From contig CM000150.2 in the NCBI GenBank assembly GCA_000004695.1, positions 4,544,001-4,608,000 on the forward strand: a stretch of 64,000 nucleotides of DNA, given 5' to 3'. The notes beneath the pieces were generated by a model. That model was not told the origin of the DNA and searched no databases. It saw only the letters and a program-made list of their open reading frames with translations. Positions 13,489 through 29,900 of this stretch are shown here, piece by piece. The DNA is from Dictyostelium discoideum (Eukaryota). Each line of letters begins with the position of its first letter. Position 1 is the stretch's first letter. The position numbers and the translations under genes are program-made.

Positions 13489-13865
13489 TATTTTTATTTT
13501 TTTTTTTTATTTTTTTATATTTGTTACACAAATGACAAATTTAAAAATAAAAAAAAAATGATAATAAAAAAAATAATAATAAAAAATGTATAAATTCTAA
13601 ATGTGGATAAAATATATTAAAAAAAAAAATTAAAAAAAAAAAAAAATAAAATACCCACTTAATGGTGGGAAAGTGTGTTAAATATTTATTTATTTTCATA
13701 ACAGTTTTATGATATGCATATGAATGTTTATTATCCATTTATTATTTTTTTTTATCTTTTTTTTAATTTTACTTTTTTTAATTTTTTTTTTTAATTTTTT
13801 TTAAAAGAATGGCAGTTCCAATAAATTCGCCATCAACAAAAATAATTTTTTTGATGGCGAATGAG

Positions 13866-13919
<54 letters not shown>

Positions 13920-14023
13920 TTTTTTATAAGAAATTAAAAACTTTTTTTAAGATTTTAGAATTAAATTTAATTTTTTTTGATAATATAAATAAACTTAATA
14001 CTTTGTTTTTTTTTTTAATTTTT

Positions 14024-14067
<44 letters not shown>

Positions 14068-14117
14068 TTGGGTAACCACTTGAAATAGTTCAATTATTTT
14101 TTTTGTTTTTTTTTTTT

Positions 14118-14163
<46 letters not shown>

Positions 14164-14219
14164 CCAAATTCACTTGAATAATATTAATAATATAATTGTA
14201 CAGATTTTAACAAATAGTA

Positions 14220-14250
<31 letters not shown>

Positions 14251-14267
14251 CACAAAAAAAAAAGAAA

Positions 14268-17757
<3,490 letters not shown>

Positions 17758-18368
17758 ATTGATAATAGTTATTTTAATTATTTTAATACAATTTTCAATA
17801 CATTATATAAAAAAAAATAAATAAATCCTTAATTGGTTTTGTTTTGTTTTGTAATAATCCTTATTTTTTTTATTTATTTTTATACATATATTTTTATTTT
17901 TTTTTTTTAAAAGAATCTAGTTTTCCTCTAATCCTTCTAATCATGGATATGGCGCAGGTAAATGAGCTCTTGCAATTCCCAATTCACCAATAAATTACCC
18001 AAAAAAAAAAAAAATTTCATTTTTTTTAACATTGATTAATTAGTATCCATTAAAGGAAATAGTTTTAAATTTTTATTTTTTTTAAATGAAAAGAAATTAT
18101 TCCTTTTTCAATTTGAGTTTTCAAATGAGGAGTTTTAAAATATAGTTATTATTTTTATTCAGTTTTTTAATATGTTAGTATTTAAAATTAATTAACTAAA
18201 TAAGTCAAATAATAAGATGAATTGGTCAAAGGATTCTTATAAGATTTGGCTTTTATAAAATACTCAGAGCCAACCACACAATTCAAAAAAAATCAATGGA
18301 GACTTTTCCAATAACAAAACATATACCCACTTAAAATGGTAGTTTGGTTAATTTCGATTTAGCTATAT

Positions 18369-18381
18369 GGGAATTGAACCC
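18369..18381 (-). promoter_or_regulatory. External B box downstream of the second tRNA-Ile copy
   Basis: The same gggaattgaaccc element as at 7666-7678. It lies 34 bp past the tRNA 3' end, and the flanking ...cttaat... and aaaaagga..gtgctcg context is also conserved. Confidence 0.6.
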
Positions 18382-18414
18382 TTAATATCGTTTCCTTTAA
18401 TTAAAAAGGATGTG

Positions 18415-18487
18415 TGCTCGATGCAGGGATCGAACCTGCGACCGTGGCGTTATTAGCACCACGCTCTGCCGACTGAGCTAATCGAGC
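18415..18487 (-). tRNA. tRNA-Ile (AAT), second copy
   Basis: Identical over its 73 nt to the gene at 7714..7786. The immediate 5' flank (atccgt.gaaaaaaaaatta) and the ex-B-containing 3' flank are also conserved. Confidence 0.9.
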
Positions 18488-18740
18488 ATCCGTTGAAAAA
18501 AAAATTATTTTATCCAAAAAAGTGCGAACTATTTTTTACAACAAAAGGAAAAAATAAGCAGGAAAAACTCAACCGTAACTATTCTGGTGAATTTATTAAA
18601 ATTTAATAAATTGAAGAAATTCCAGCAACAAGAATATTGCAAATTTATATTTTCAAAAAATCGATACGATAAATTTTAAATTTTATTTTTTTTTTTTTTT
18701 TTAAGTGTAAATTTAGTTAATTGAGGTTTTTTTTTTTTTT

Positions 18741-20251
18741 TTAAACACCATAACATTTATCGAATTCAGAAGAAGTGATACCAAAGATTTGACAAATCCA
18801 TTTAGTTTGACAAGCTTGATCACAAGATTCTTTAATTGGTGAACTACTAAGATTTTCGAAATAACTATTAAACATTGTTGAATTAGTTTTCATTTGATTG
18901 GCAACTTTTGTCCAAGAGGTAGGTGAAAGATCATCCATATTATAGAGTTCTTTAGCACTATAAGTCAATTGGAAATTTAAGGCACCAGTTTCATTTGCTT
19001 CAGTAATGTTTGCATGATATTGATAGTAGTTTACAATTTGATTAGTTGAATAATCAAATTGATAAATACGATAACCAGGTTCATGATTTTGATAGGTTGT
19101 TAATGATGGAACGATATAATTCATACCGGTTGGAATTGTATGAGTTGCAACATCGGAGAATACTGAAAATTGATCGTAATGAGTATGGCCATACAATTGA
19201 CCAATGATAACATCAGAGAATTGACCTACCACTTGTTCATACATTGCACACCAACCATCGGTTGAAGCACTTTTAACAGTGCATGGAATATGACCAATGA
19301 TTAAAACCTTTTCACCATTGGATTGAGCTTGTTCCAATGTATTGATCATCCAATCCGATTGATTATTTGGGCCTTTTAAATAGGTTGGGAGGAGATTATA
19401 GAAATTGATCATATCATTCTCCAAAGTATTCAATGACATAACACGAAGACCTGGCTTAATCAACGATGTATAATAACCACGCTCTTTAACCAACTCCAAA
19501 GCATCGGCATCTAACCATGGTGCCCAATAGGTGTAAATCGAGTCCAATAACCATTGTGAATTTGGTAAAACGTATTGATCGGCTGGGTAAGCTTCATGAT
19601 TACCCAACGATGGTAAAACTGGTGTATTTGGGAAAGTCTTTTGAATGACCTGTGCCAATGTTGCGGTGGCCAACTCTTGTTGAGCTTGTGATTGTTCCCA
19701 TACATTGTGTGGTGGATTATCACCTGTCCAAACTATGAAATCCAATTGATCAGTCAATGTTGCCAAATGTTGGAAAATCAATTCAACAGTACTAAATGGG
19801 ATATCGCAAAGGTAATGACCTATTGGACCTGCTGAACCTACACCATCTCTACAACATAATGGTCTACCACAATTTGGATTTGAACCAACTTTATAATCTG
19901 GATCGAAATGTACATCAGAAATTTGTAAAATATAACCAATACTATCATTACCTTTAAATTTTTTTACCAATGGTTCTTGATTTGATAAATCTTTATATTG
20001 TGGTTTCTTATTAACTTTCATTGTTGGTTTATTAAATGATTCTTGTCTATATTCATTATCAAATGAATTTGAAATTGATGATGATTCTGATGATCCTGTT
20101 GCTGAACAAATCTTAAAATATCCACATAATTGTGATGGTGTAAAATCTGATTGAATAAGTACATCAACTATAATTGGTACATAATTATTTAAAATACCTG
20201 TACACTATATTTAAATATTAAATAATTATTATTATTATTAGTATTTTTTAA

Positions 20252-20304
<53 letters not shown>

Positions 20305-20611
20305 TAGATTTAAATATACATACAACTTCTGGTTGTTCTTCTTTTGAGGCAATACAAAGGTCAGATAAACCTTTAATTATTTCTGTTAATGAAGCATTCT
20401 TTTTAATGAAATCTTCTAATAATGATGCACCAATTTGACAAACATCACAGCTTAATTGAATGTTTTCACCATGTTGTAAAGTTGTTGCTGCTGCTTTATC
20501 TAATTTATCTAATGATTTTTGTCCTTTTTCTGTAATTAAAATGTCATGGGAATATACAGATGCTAATAATAATCCAATCAATACTAATAAAATTATTGGT
20601 ATGGATTTCAT
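18741..20611 (-). CDS. Acid-sphingomyelinase-like phosphodiesterase: signal peptide, saposin domain and metallophosphoesterase domain. Exons 20324..20611 and 18741..20204; intron 20205..20323.
   Basis: Exon 1 is MKSIPIILLVLIGLLLASVYS (signal) then ...CDVCQIGASLLEDFIKKNASLTEIIKGLSDLCIASKEEQPEV|gtatgt. Exon 2 begins ag|CTGILNNYVPIIVDVLIQSDFTPSQLCGYFKIC (second half of saposin B). It continues SDVHFDPDY...PLCCR...VWTGDNPPHNVW...LGNHE...GHIP...GHTHYDQF, which align with SMPD1 metal-binding motifs. Both exons are phase 0. Confidence 0.85.
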
Positions 20612-21255
20612 TGTGTTTATTTTTGTTTTTGTGTGTGGGTGTTTGAGGTTATTTATTACAAAGAAAAACAATAGAAAGACCAAACACCAATATCTTTGTT
20701 TTCCCCTTTGTAAAAAAAATAAATAAATAAATAAATAATAAATATATGAAATATATAAGAAAAAAGCAAATTATAAATTAAAGTATGAGTAAATGATTTT
20801 TTTAAAAAAAAAAAGTGTGTTTTTTTTTTTTTCAACTTAAAAGAAAATTATAATCTGAAAATGTAAAACAAAACAAAAAAAAAAAAAAAAAATAAAAATA
20901 AAAAAAATAAAAAAAATAAAAAAAATAAAAAAAAACATTTTATAACTGATTTTTTGGTGTGAAATTTAATTATCCCAGAAAAGGATTTCTACTTTTCATA
21001 AAGATACTTAATTTTATTCGCATAAGTTTCCGATACATTTTAAAAAAATAAAAAAAAATCTATTATTAAACTAAAATAATTTTATAAACACAAAATAAAA
21101 TAAAATAAAAAAAAAAAAAAAAAAAATAAAATAAAATAAAATAAAAAAAAAACCTTTGATTAGATATTTATTAATAGCAATTAGTTCGTCATTTTTTTTT
21201 TCCACAAAGGTTTAGATTTATTAAGTTTTTTTTTTTTTTTTTATTTTTATTTTTT

Positions 21256-21475
21256 TTAATAACCATACCTATTTGATTCATCACCATCATTATTTTCTCT
21301 AGAAATTAAATTGACATACTCTGATTCTTGTTTTTCTTTTAATTTTTTTATTTTTTCTTCTGGGGTGTAAACCTTCTTTGGTTTTTGGTTTTGTTTAACT
21401 TTATATTCTTCTGGTATATCATTTTCCAAAAGATTACCCAATTTATTGTTATCATTATTATTATTATTGTTATTA

Positions 21476-21513
<38 letters not shown>

Positions 21514-23067
21514 TGGATTATTGTTATTTGGATTATTATTTTTATTATTATTATTTTCTTGAATTTTATTTTCAGTATCATCATTAAACATTAATTTATT
21601 TTCAGTCGATTTAATAGTTGAATTAGTTAAAGTGGTTGTTGGTGCTGGTGTTGTGGTAGTGATGACAGTTGTTTTATTTTCAATTGATTTATCAATACCA
21701 TCATTTAATTGAATTGATTTTAATGAAGATTGTAAAGATTGAGAATATTTCTTATAATCTGGTTTTAAGAATAAAATTGATTCTAATTTTTTAATTTGAT
21801 CTTCAATTGTTATTAAAGAATTCATTATCTTTTGTTGTGTATTTTTCTTTAATTCTTGTTCATTTTCATTCATAAATTTATCGAGTTCATCTTCTTCATC
21901 ATTATCATTATTATTATTTTTATTTAATAATGTTGATTGTTTAAATTGTTTTTGAAGTGAAAGTTTCTCAATTTCAAATTGTTTTCTTTTTTCAATTAGT
22001 TCTGTTATTGATTGATCATTTAATTTTAATTGTTGTTGTTTTTGTAATTTATCTTTTGATTGATTCGTTCTATCATAAAATTGATTATCTTCATCATCAT
22101 CATCATCATCATCTTCTTGACTTTTCTTTTTTCTTTTATTATTACTATTATCTAAATCATCTTCATCATAATCATCATCATCATCATTTTTATTTTGATT
22201 CCTTTTTTTATTATTTTTATTATTATTATTATTTTCTAGGTCTTTATTATCATCATCTTGTTCTTTATAGTGATTTCTAATTTCTTCATCATGGTCATCT
22301 TTTAACCAAACATCTCTATTTATAAGAGGTTTATTATCAGAATTTGAAGAAGAGTTGTTTGAAGTGAAAAGTGATAAAAATGCTGCTTTTTCTTTGGCTC
22401 TCTCTTTTTCTTTAATTTTTTCTTTTTCTTTTTCATCATTATTAATATTATCATCGTCATTATAATTTAAATTTAAATTTGGTCCATCCAATACAAATAA
22501 TCTTGTTGATTCACCAAATTTTATTACATCACCAACTTTAATAGGTATATGAATATTTGGTTTACATTTTTGTTTATTTATCATTGAACCATGTGTGCTA
22601 TTTAAATCATACAAATATAATTTCCCTCCGTCTCTATGTTGTATAATTGCATGTTGTCTACTAATTGTCTAAAAAAAAAAAAAAAAAGTTAATTGTATTG
22701 TATTGTATTAAATGAATGAATGAATAAATGAATGATAACTTACTGCATGCTCTAATTGTATGTCACATATTGGTAATCTACCAATTAAATAAAATGGTTT
22801 CTTGTTTAAATTAATATGTTCTATAATTGTACCACTCTTTATAACTTCAAATTTATATTCAATGTCAGGGTTTGATTTGCTCCATTCTGGTTCTTTATAA
22901 ATTAGTTCAACTTTTGGTTGTGGTTGTTGTGGTTGTTGTGGTTGTTTATTGGGTGATTTTTTGATTAGTGTTGAAGGAGGTGGTGGCATTAAGAAATTAG
23001 ACGGAGGTGGTGGCATCATTTTATCATCATCTCCATTTTTGATATTACCCTCATTATTTTCACTCAT
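21256..23067 (-). CDS. Kanadaptin-like FHA-domain protein (SLC4A1AP-type) with a long acidic/N-rich, coiled-coil-like C-terminus. Exons 22744..23067 and 21256..22668; intron 22671..22743 (gtaagt...ag).
   Basis: The protein reads ...PFYLIGRLPICDIQLEHA|TISRQHAIIQHRDGGKLYLYDLNSTHGSMINKQKC...VGDVIKFGESTRLFVLDGP. This matches the kanadaptin FHA domain (FYL.GR...CD..LDH.S.SR.HA.LQHR...DL.STHGTF....GSTR...). The PPPPS repeats are N-terminal. Confidence 0.8.
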
Positions 23068-23116
23068 TCTATTTTTTTTTTTTTTTTTTAATTAATTTTG
23101 AAATAGTGAAAAAGTG

Positions 23117-23149
<33 letters not shown>

Positions 23150-24366
23150 CTTATTTAATTTTTTTTATTTTCTTTTTATTTTATTTTAACTTGTATTTTT
23201 TTAAAATATCAAAAAAAGTAAAAATAATAAAAGAATTTTTTCTTTTTTTTCTTTTTTTTTTTTTTTTTTTTTTGTATTCCCCTTTAAAATTGAGTATAGT
23301 ATATTTTTTAAATAAACCCCTTTCTAATAATATTTTAGTATTAATTTAGCACCCTTAAAAAAATCCATTTTTCTGAATTTGTAAAAATGGTAAATAATAT
23401 TTATTTTATTTTATTTCTTATTTAAATCAGAGGATTTCTTTTTTAAGATAATAATCAAGATTTGAAATTTTAATAAATACTAAAAAAGAAGTTTAAATTT
23501 TGATGAATAAAAAAAAAAAAATATAAATAATTTTTTTTTTTTTTTTTTTTTTTTTCATACCTTTTGTGGTTAATAAAATTATAATAATATAATTATGACA
23601 TTAGTTGGTAAGAAATAAACAAATAAACAAATAAAAAAGATAAAAAGATAAATAATTATAATTTAACTAACTTATTTTTAATTTATATATTTATAAAGCA
23701 TCTTTAACAAAACTTGGAAATCCAACTGCATCATTAAGTAGCCATAGTTCACCAAAAGTTGAGACACATGCTGGTGTTTCAGGAGAACAAATGGGCAACA
23801 AATCAGAATGGATGGGTAGATCATGGCAGTGGGGACCAAGTAGACAATGGTATTGGCAACCATGGTATTATAGATCATACAGAAGTGGAAATTGGTATTA
23901 TTAAATACTCACCTTTTTTATAATTTTTTAAATAAAATATTTTTATTTTAACATTTACCAAAACAAATTTAATTTTTATTTTTTTTATTTTTTTTTTATT
24001 TAAACTTTTTTTAAATTGACTAAACTCTATTTTTGATATCAACTAAATGAAAAGAAATAAAATAAAATTTTTTTTTCTTTTATATTATTTTATTTTTTTT
24101 AATTTTATTTTTTTCATTTTTAAATATTATTTGATTTTTTTGTTATTAATATGAATTTAGTATAAATATAAACTCAAAAATAAACAAAATAATAAAAATA
24201 AAAAAAAAAAAAAAAAAAAGTAATAGAAAAAAAAGAAAATTTGTGAATATTAAATAAGGTTTTGGTAAAAAAAAAAAAAAAAAAAAAAAAAATTGAAAAA
24301 GTTGAAAAAAAAAAGTTGAATGGTTTGTAATTATTTTTAATTTTATCTTAATTTTTTTTTTTTTAT

Positions 24367-26745
24367 ATGGATAATAATAATAATAATAATTTTGAAATAC
24401 TATTTTGGAAAGTGTTTAAAAATATTTTCCTTTTAAAATGTATTTTTAAAGAAATTAAATCAAAACAAATATTTAGAAATTATTCATATAATGAAATTAA
24501 TAGAGTAGAATGGATGATTAGAAATGGTTATTTCGAATTATTAATAGAAAAAATTAAAAAATGTGAATATTTAGTATTTAATTGTGAATTCAAACATCCA
24601 ACAATGGTTATAGGATCTATGATGGTTACGACAATGAATAAAGAACTTACAGAAAAACAATTTAATTTCAAATATTCAATTTTTAATTACTTTAAAGATG
24701 ATTTCCAACTTTTTTCAATACTTTTTAAAAACTATAATTTATATTTCCAACTTCCATCATGTTGTAAACACATTGAAAGAATATCAGTACAAGTCGATAA
24801 TATGGCAGCATTAAAAGTTTTGGTTGAAAATTATTCATTTAAACCTAACATTTCATCATTTTTCAAATCATATGAAATCGGCTCAATATCAGTATCTCAA
24901 TATCTATATGAATCATTATTTTTAAAATTAAACTTAAAATTAACAAAAGATCAAATTGAAATATTATGGAATTTAACATTTTCAAATACAATAACAACTA
25001 AACCGTCATCAAAATTTATTTCACCATTAATAAATGATAATGAAACGATTAATCAAATAATCATTAAAAAACTATTATTTATTGTAAATGTATTAAAACT
25101 TAAACCCACAGTTTCAAATTTAAAACCATTGGAATCTTTTTTTAATTTTAAAATTTTTAAAGAATCTTTATCAAAATTATTAATGTGTTGTAAAATAGTA
25201 TCAATATTATCAAATTTTCAATCATTTCATCAAATATTTAATTTACAATTTTCAAAAGAAAAGACCTATATTGAAAATATAAAAATAAAAACTTTAATAA
25301 AAAATTCTGAAAATTCTTTATTAATGTCATCAATAGTTTCACCATCACCACCATCACCACCACCAAACAAATCATCACTAGAAATAATATCTTTAATTTT
25401 ATTTGATGAAATTAATAAAATGAAATTTACAAAAAAAGAATTATCATCAAGTGTTTATACTTTAATTGATAATTTAAATAATTTATTATCATCACCATCC
25501 ACTTTTATAATAACATCAATTGAAAATATTAAGAAACTATTTGAAATGTTTATTAAATTTACAACATTTGGTAAAAACAATTTATTAGAAAATTTTTCAT
25601 TTTTTAAAATTAAATTCTTTGGTGATAATGAATCATTTGATTTAAAATTGTTTAAATCATTTTCAAATCAATCGATAATTGAATTATTTAGAAATGATAG
25701 AATTGAAATAATTGAAAAACTTTGTAAAGAAAATAAATTAATAATTAATCGAGATATATCACCTTATTATATTATGAAATCAATTGAAATGTTTAATTTA
25801 ATTTATAAATATGATAAAGAAAAGCATACTAATAATCCAATATTCCAATTACTTTTATTTAATTATAAAATTGCAAATCATTTCAAACAAAATTATAATA
25901 ACCATTATCAAACATTAATAAAATCAACAACAATCAATAAAATACCACAACAAACAAATTTTAAAAATTGGTTCAATTTTCAAAATTTTAATTTTATTTT
26001 TGAAAATTGGTTTGATTTTACAAATGAATTTAAAATTCAAATTGCCAATTTTGTTTATTTAAAAATTTCAATCAGTAAAATTCCATTAACTGATTATATT
26101 AAATTTATTGAATTCTTCAATAATAAATCACTAGGTAATAGTGATTTATTTTCAAATATTCCTTTTTACACAGGTTCAAATCAAATTACAAATATTTTTA
26201 ATAATAATAATGAAGATATTGAATTGGATTTTACAACATTTGAACAAGTATCATATTTAATTAATAAAGAATATTCCCACCAAACTCTAGTTGATTATTC
26301 AATCACACCACTACTTCAATCAAATGCTCAAATATATTGTACATATTATCTTAGAGGTGAATTAGATAAAATTATTCCCCCAAAAATGTCCCAATTTAAA
26401 AAAGACATCTCGCTAGTAATAAAAGAGATTGTAAAAAAAAGTGATATTAAATCATTTCAATATATATTATCAACAAAAATCGATAAAGCACAAATTGGTG
26501 ATTTTATTGACCGCGTTTTATCCTATTCACTCTTTTATGGTAATTTTATATTATTTCACAAATCTCTCAATCAAAAAGTAAAATTTCCAATTTCAGATGC
26601 ATTCGAACATGGCCAAATTGAAACACTACTTTATTTTAAGAATGAATTAAATTATAAACTACCAAATAATGAAAAATTATTTGAAAATTTAATTAATGAT
26701 AATAATTGTTTCTTTTATAATTATTTTAAAAATCTTTGTAAATAA
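24367..26745 (+). CDS. Hypothetical protein, 792 aa, N/K/F/I-rich, no recognisable domain
   Basis: A long uninterrupted ORF at the local coding-type composition. It is probably a Dictyostelium-specific orphan. Confidence 0.5.
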   Translation: MDNNNNNNFEILFWKVFKNIFLLKCIFKEIKSKQIFRNYSYNEINRVEWMIRNGYFELLIEKIKKCEYLVFNCEFKHPTMVIGSMMVTTMNKELTEKQFNFKYSIFNYFKDDFQLFSILFKNYNLYFQLPSCCKHIERISVQVDNMAALKVLVENYSFKPNISSFFKSYEIGSISVSQYLYESLFLKLNLKLTKDQIEILWNLTFSNTITTKPSSKFISPLINDNETINQIIIKKLLFIVNVLKLKPTVSNLKPLESFFNFKIFKESLSKLLMCCKIVSILSNFQSFHQIFNLQFSKEKTYIENIKIKTLIKNSENSLLMSSIVSPSPPSPPPNKSSLEIISLILFDEINKMKFTKKELSSSVYTLIDNLNNLLSSPSTFIITSIENIKKLFEMFIKFTTFGKNNLLENFSFFKIKFFGDNESFDLKLFKSFSNQSIIELFRNDRIEIIEKLCKENKLIINRDISPYYIMKSIEMFNLIYKYDKEKHTNNPIFQLLLFNYKIANHFKQNYNNHYQTLIKSTTINKIPQQTNFKNWFNFQNFNFIFENWFDFTNEFKIQIANFVYLKISISKIPLTDYIKFIEFFNNKSLGNSDLFSNIPFYTGSNQITNIFNNNNEDIELDFTTFEQVSYLINKEYSHQTLVDYSITPLLQSNAQIYCTYYLRGELDKIIPPKMSQFKKDISLVIKEIVKKSDIKSFQYILSTKIDKAQIGDFIDRVLSYSLFYGNFILFHKSLNQKVKFPISDAFEHGQIETLLYFKNELNYKLPNNEKLFENLINDNNCFFYNYFKNLCK

Positions 26746-26907
26746 ATACAAATAAATAAAAAAATAAAAAAAAAAAATAAAAAAAAGATTATCTTTTTAA
26801 ATTTTAAATAATTATTACACTGTATACATTTTTTTTATTTTTTATTTTGTTTTATTTTGTTTTAATATATATATAAATTTGTTTTGTTTTGTTTTGTTTT
26901 AATTAAT

Positions 26908-29900
26908 TTAGAATAAACCAGAAACTTTTTTCTTTTCAGTTTTTTTCCAAGCTGGTAAAGCATCCCATTCAGCTCTACTACCAAGATGTTTTTCAAAATC
27001 TTCATCACTAAGATACATTTCTAAAACTGAACGATCAATTTCAGGAGGTGTATTCTTTTCAATTAATTTTTCAAATGGTAAAACTTGATAATATTTCTTT
27101 AGTAGATTAACAGCATTCTTTGGTGATGCACCATCATCAAGTTCATCAGCACCATCAGCAGTATTATTTGAAGAACCATTGCTGTTGTTGTTGTTGTTGT
27201 TGCTGTTGTTAAGTCTTAAAGAATCCCAACAATGGAAATAACAAGTGAAAGAAAGTGGTTCATCACCTTGAGTAATGAATAAAACATCATTTTCAGTTCT
27301 AGAATCAGCTAAATATTTTACATAATCAATTGCAATTTCCATACCTCTCTTTTTTTCTTTTTCTTGTGCTCTTAAACCTGACCAAACGAAAACATTCTTT
27401 CTATTATCCAATAGATAGACTTTACTTGGAGTTAAATCATATTGACTGAAACGATAGATTTCATCAGCTCTAATAATGGTACCAGTATTTACGATTGCAA
27501 ATAATTTAATTTGATTTTCCCAATCAGTTGGTACATTTTGATAAACATAATCAAAGTTTGCATATTTACCATTTCCACCAATTAATTTCCAAAATTCGTC
27601 AGGTTCTGAACCTTCTTTAATGACTTTAATGATTGGATTAGTTTTTGATTTTGAAATACTATTTGAAAGTGAAGCTAATTTTGATGATTCCTCTTTCAAT
27701 TGTTTATTTGAACCTTTAGATTCCCAAATAAAAGTTTGATTTGTTGAACAATTGGTAATGATGAAACAATCTCTACTATTTAAACAAGTTGAAGAAAGTT
27801 TACTGGTTTGTGAAGCAGTGATTGCATTTGATTTTTTACCAAAAACATGATACATTCTAGTGGTATTATTATTGAATTGGTAAGTGGTTCTATCACCTTT
27901 ATGAACAACCATTTTACCATTGAAAATCATATTGAAATGATTGGTTTCTCTACCTTGTCTTTCAGGATCTTGAGAACATTCACCACGAGCACTAGTTTCA
28001 ATATAAAGATCTTTTGAGAGTAATGAAGATGAACCAACGTCTTGACGAGATGCATCAGCACCTTGCCAATAGTAAATTGCATATTTGAGTGCATTCCATT
28101 TGGTGTAGGTATATCTAATCAAATAACAACAACCACTAAAGAAATGACCATACTCTTCCTTTGGTAAAGGATAGGATTTACAATTTTCAATATACCAAAT
28201 CTCATACTCACCACTACCATCACTTTTGAGTACTTCTTCAGCTCTTTCAATTTCAACCATTTCTCTAACTTGGAATTGATTCATCTTTGCAGGTGATTTC
28301 TTTTCATAGGGAATTGAAACATCAAATACTCTCTTCTTACCAAAACCCATTCTTTGTAGGGAAACTTCATGTGAAAGATCTGGCCAATCAAAGAATTTCT
28401 CTCTAAATAATACAGTTTCACCACCTTCTGATAATACAACTGATTCAACCCATGATTGTCTATGTTGATTATTCTTTAAACGTTCTTGACATTTCTTATG
28501 GAATTGTTCCTTTAATGATTGATCGGAATTTCTACCTGACCATTCATAGAACTCACTAACAGTATCCAATACATAGAAACCATCAGACTCTAATAATTCC
28601 ATTGATAATGATTTAGTATCAATATGAATTAATTGATCTTTATCAGTTAAATACTTCAATAGTGTGAATGATGATGCCCAATTTAATTCCGCTTCTAAAT
28701 CATCACCACCATCTGGATTAATAGTAGATTTATGTGATGAACCTCCACCAATACGTTTATAAAATAATTCATTTTCATCACCTTCATCCAATTTAATTAT
28801 TGTAGCATGACCACCTCTTTCGTGAGATTTAATGATTTCTGCAATTGCAACTGCTTTGGCTTTCTTATTGGCAGTTGATTTTGAGCCATACCAAGTGAAA
28901 ATGGTAGAATGTGAATTACTATCAACTGATTCACCACCAACATTTGAATTTTCAATACCACAATCTAAAACGAATGCATCCATTTTATTCAATGAATTTA
29001 TTGAGATTTCAACCTCTTTGGTTAAAATTCTCTTTTTACCTTTACAATGAACTAATCTTGCTCTTAGGCCTGAATAAGTATCAATACTCTTTTTATGATT
29101 TAAAAATTTATTTGGATCTTGTTTCAATGTTGATGTGACTGATACAGATTGTGATCTACCTCTAACGAAATTTGGTGCTGCAGGTTCATCCTTTAAAACA
29201 TTTGATAAAAGTTTATTATTTTCAATTTCCATTTTCTTTTTTTGTGCTTCCATTGCCAATGATGCCATTGACCCCATTATTCCACCGACTGCACCAGGTG
29301 GTAATACAATTTTCTTTTTAGTAGTTGGAGATGATTCATTATTTTTATTACTTTCTAATGCTTTTGATAATAATGATGGTTGTTGATCACTACCCACATC
29401 ATCATCACCACCACCATTTGAAGTTGAAGTTGAACCTGGTGCTTTATGACTTTTACTTGGTGCTTGTCTACCTTTCATTTTAACTCTATCTTTAGTTAAT
29501 GATGTTAAAGTTGATGTTGATCCATCACTACTACTATTATCTTCAGTAACTTGTACTGGTTTCTTTTTATTTTCTAATTGACTTTGAAGTTGTTTTTCAA
29601 TTGATAATTTAAATTGATCAGTTATTGTGGATGATTTTGTTTCTTTTTCAATAGATTTTGAAATTTTCTCTCTTTCTAAACGATCTCTTTCTTCTTTTTC
29701 TGCAAATTCTCTTTCTTGTTTTAATTTTAATTCTTTTTCTTTTTGTTCTTTTTCTAATTTTAATTTAAATTCTTTTTCTTTTTTATCTTTTTCTTCTTTT
29801 TCTTTTGTAACTTTATCAGCCAATTCTTTATCTTTTTTCTCTTTTTCTAATTTATCAGCCAATTCTTTCTCTTTTCTTTCTTTTTCTTCTTTTTCTTTTG

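Noticed and set aside
21348-22280. Poly-Ile and poly-His/Tyr ORFs (21348..21584 -, 21385..21594 +, 21957..22280 +) inside the FHA gene
   Set aside because: These are alternative-frame or antisense translations of the (AAT)n/(GAT)n-encoded N/D-rich low-complexity region of the kanadaptin-like CDS.
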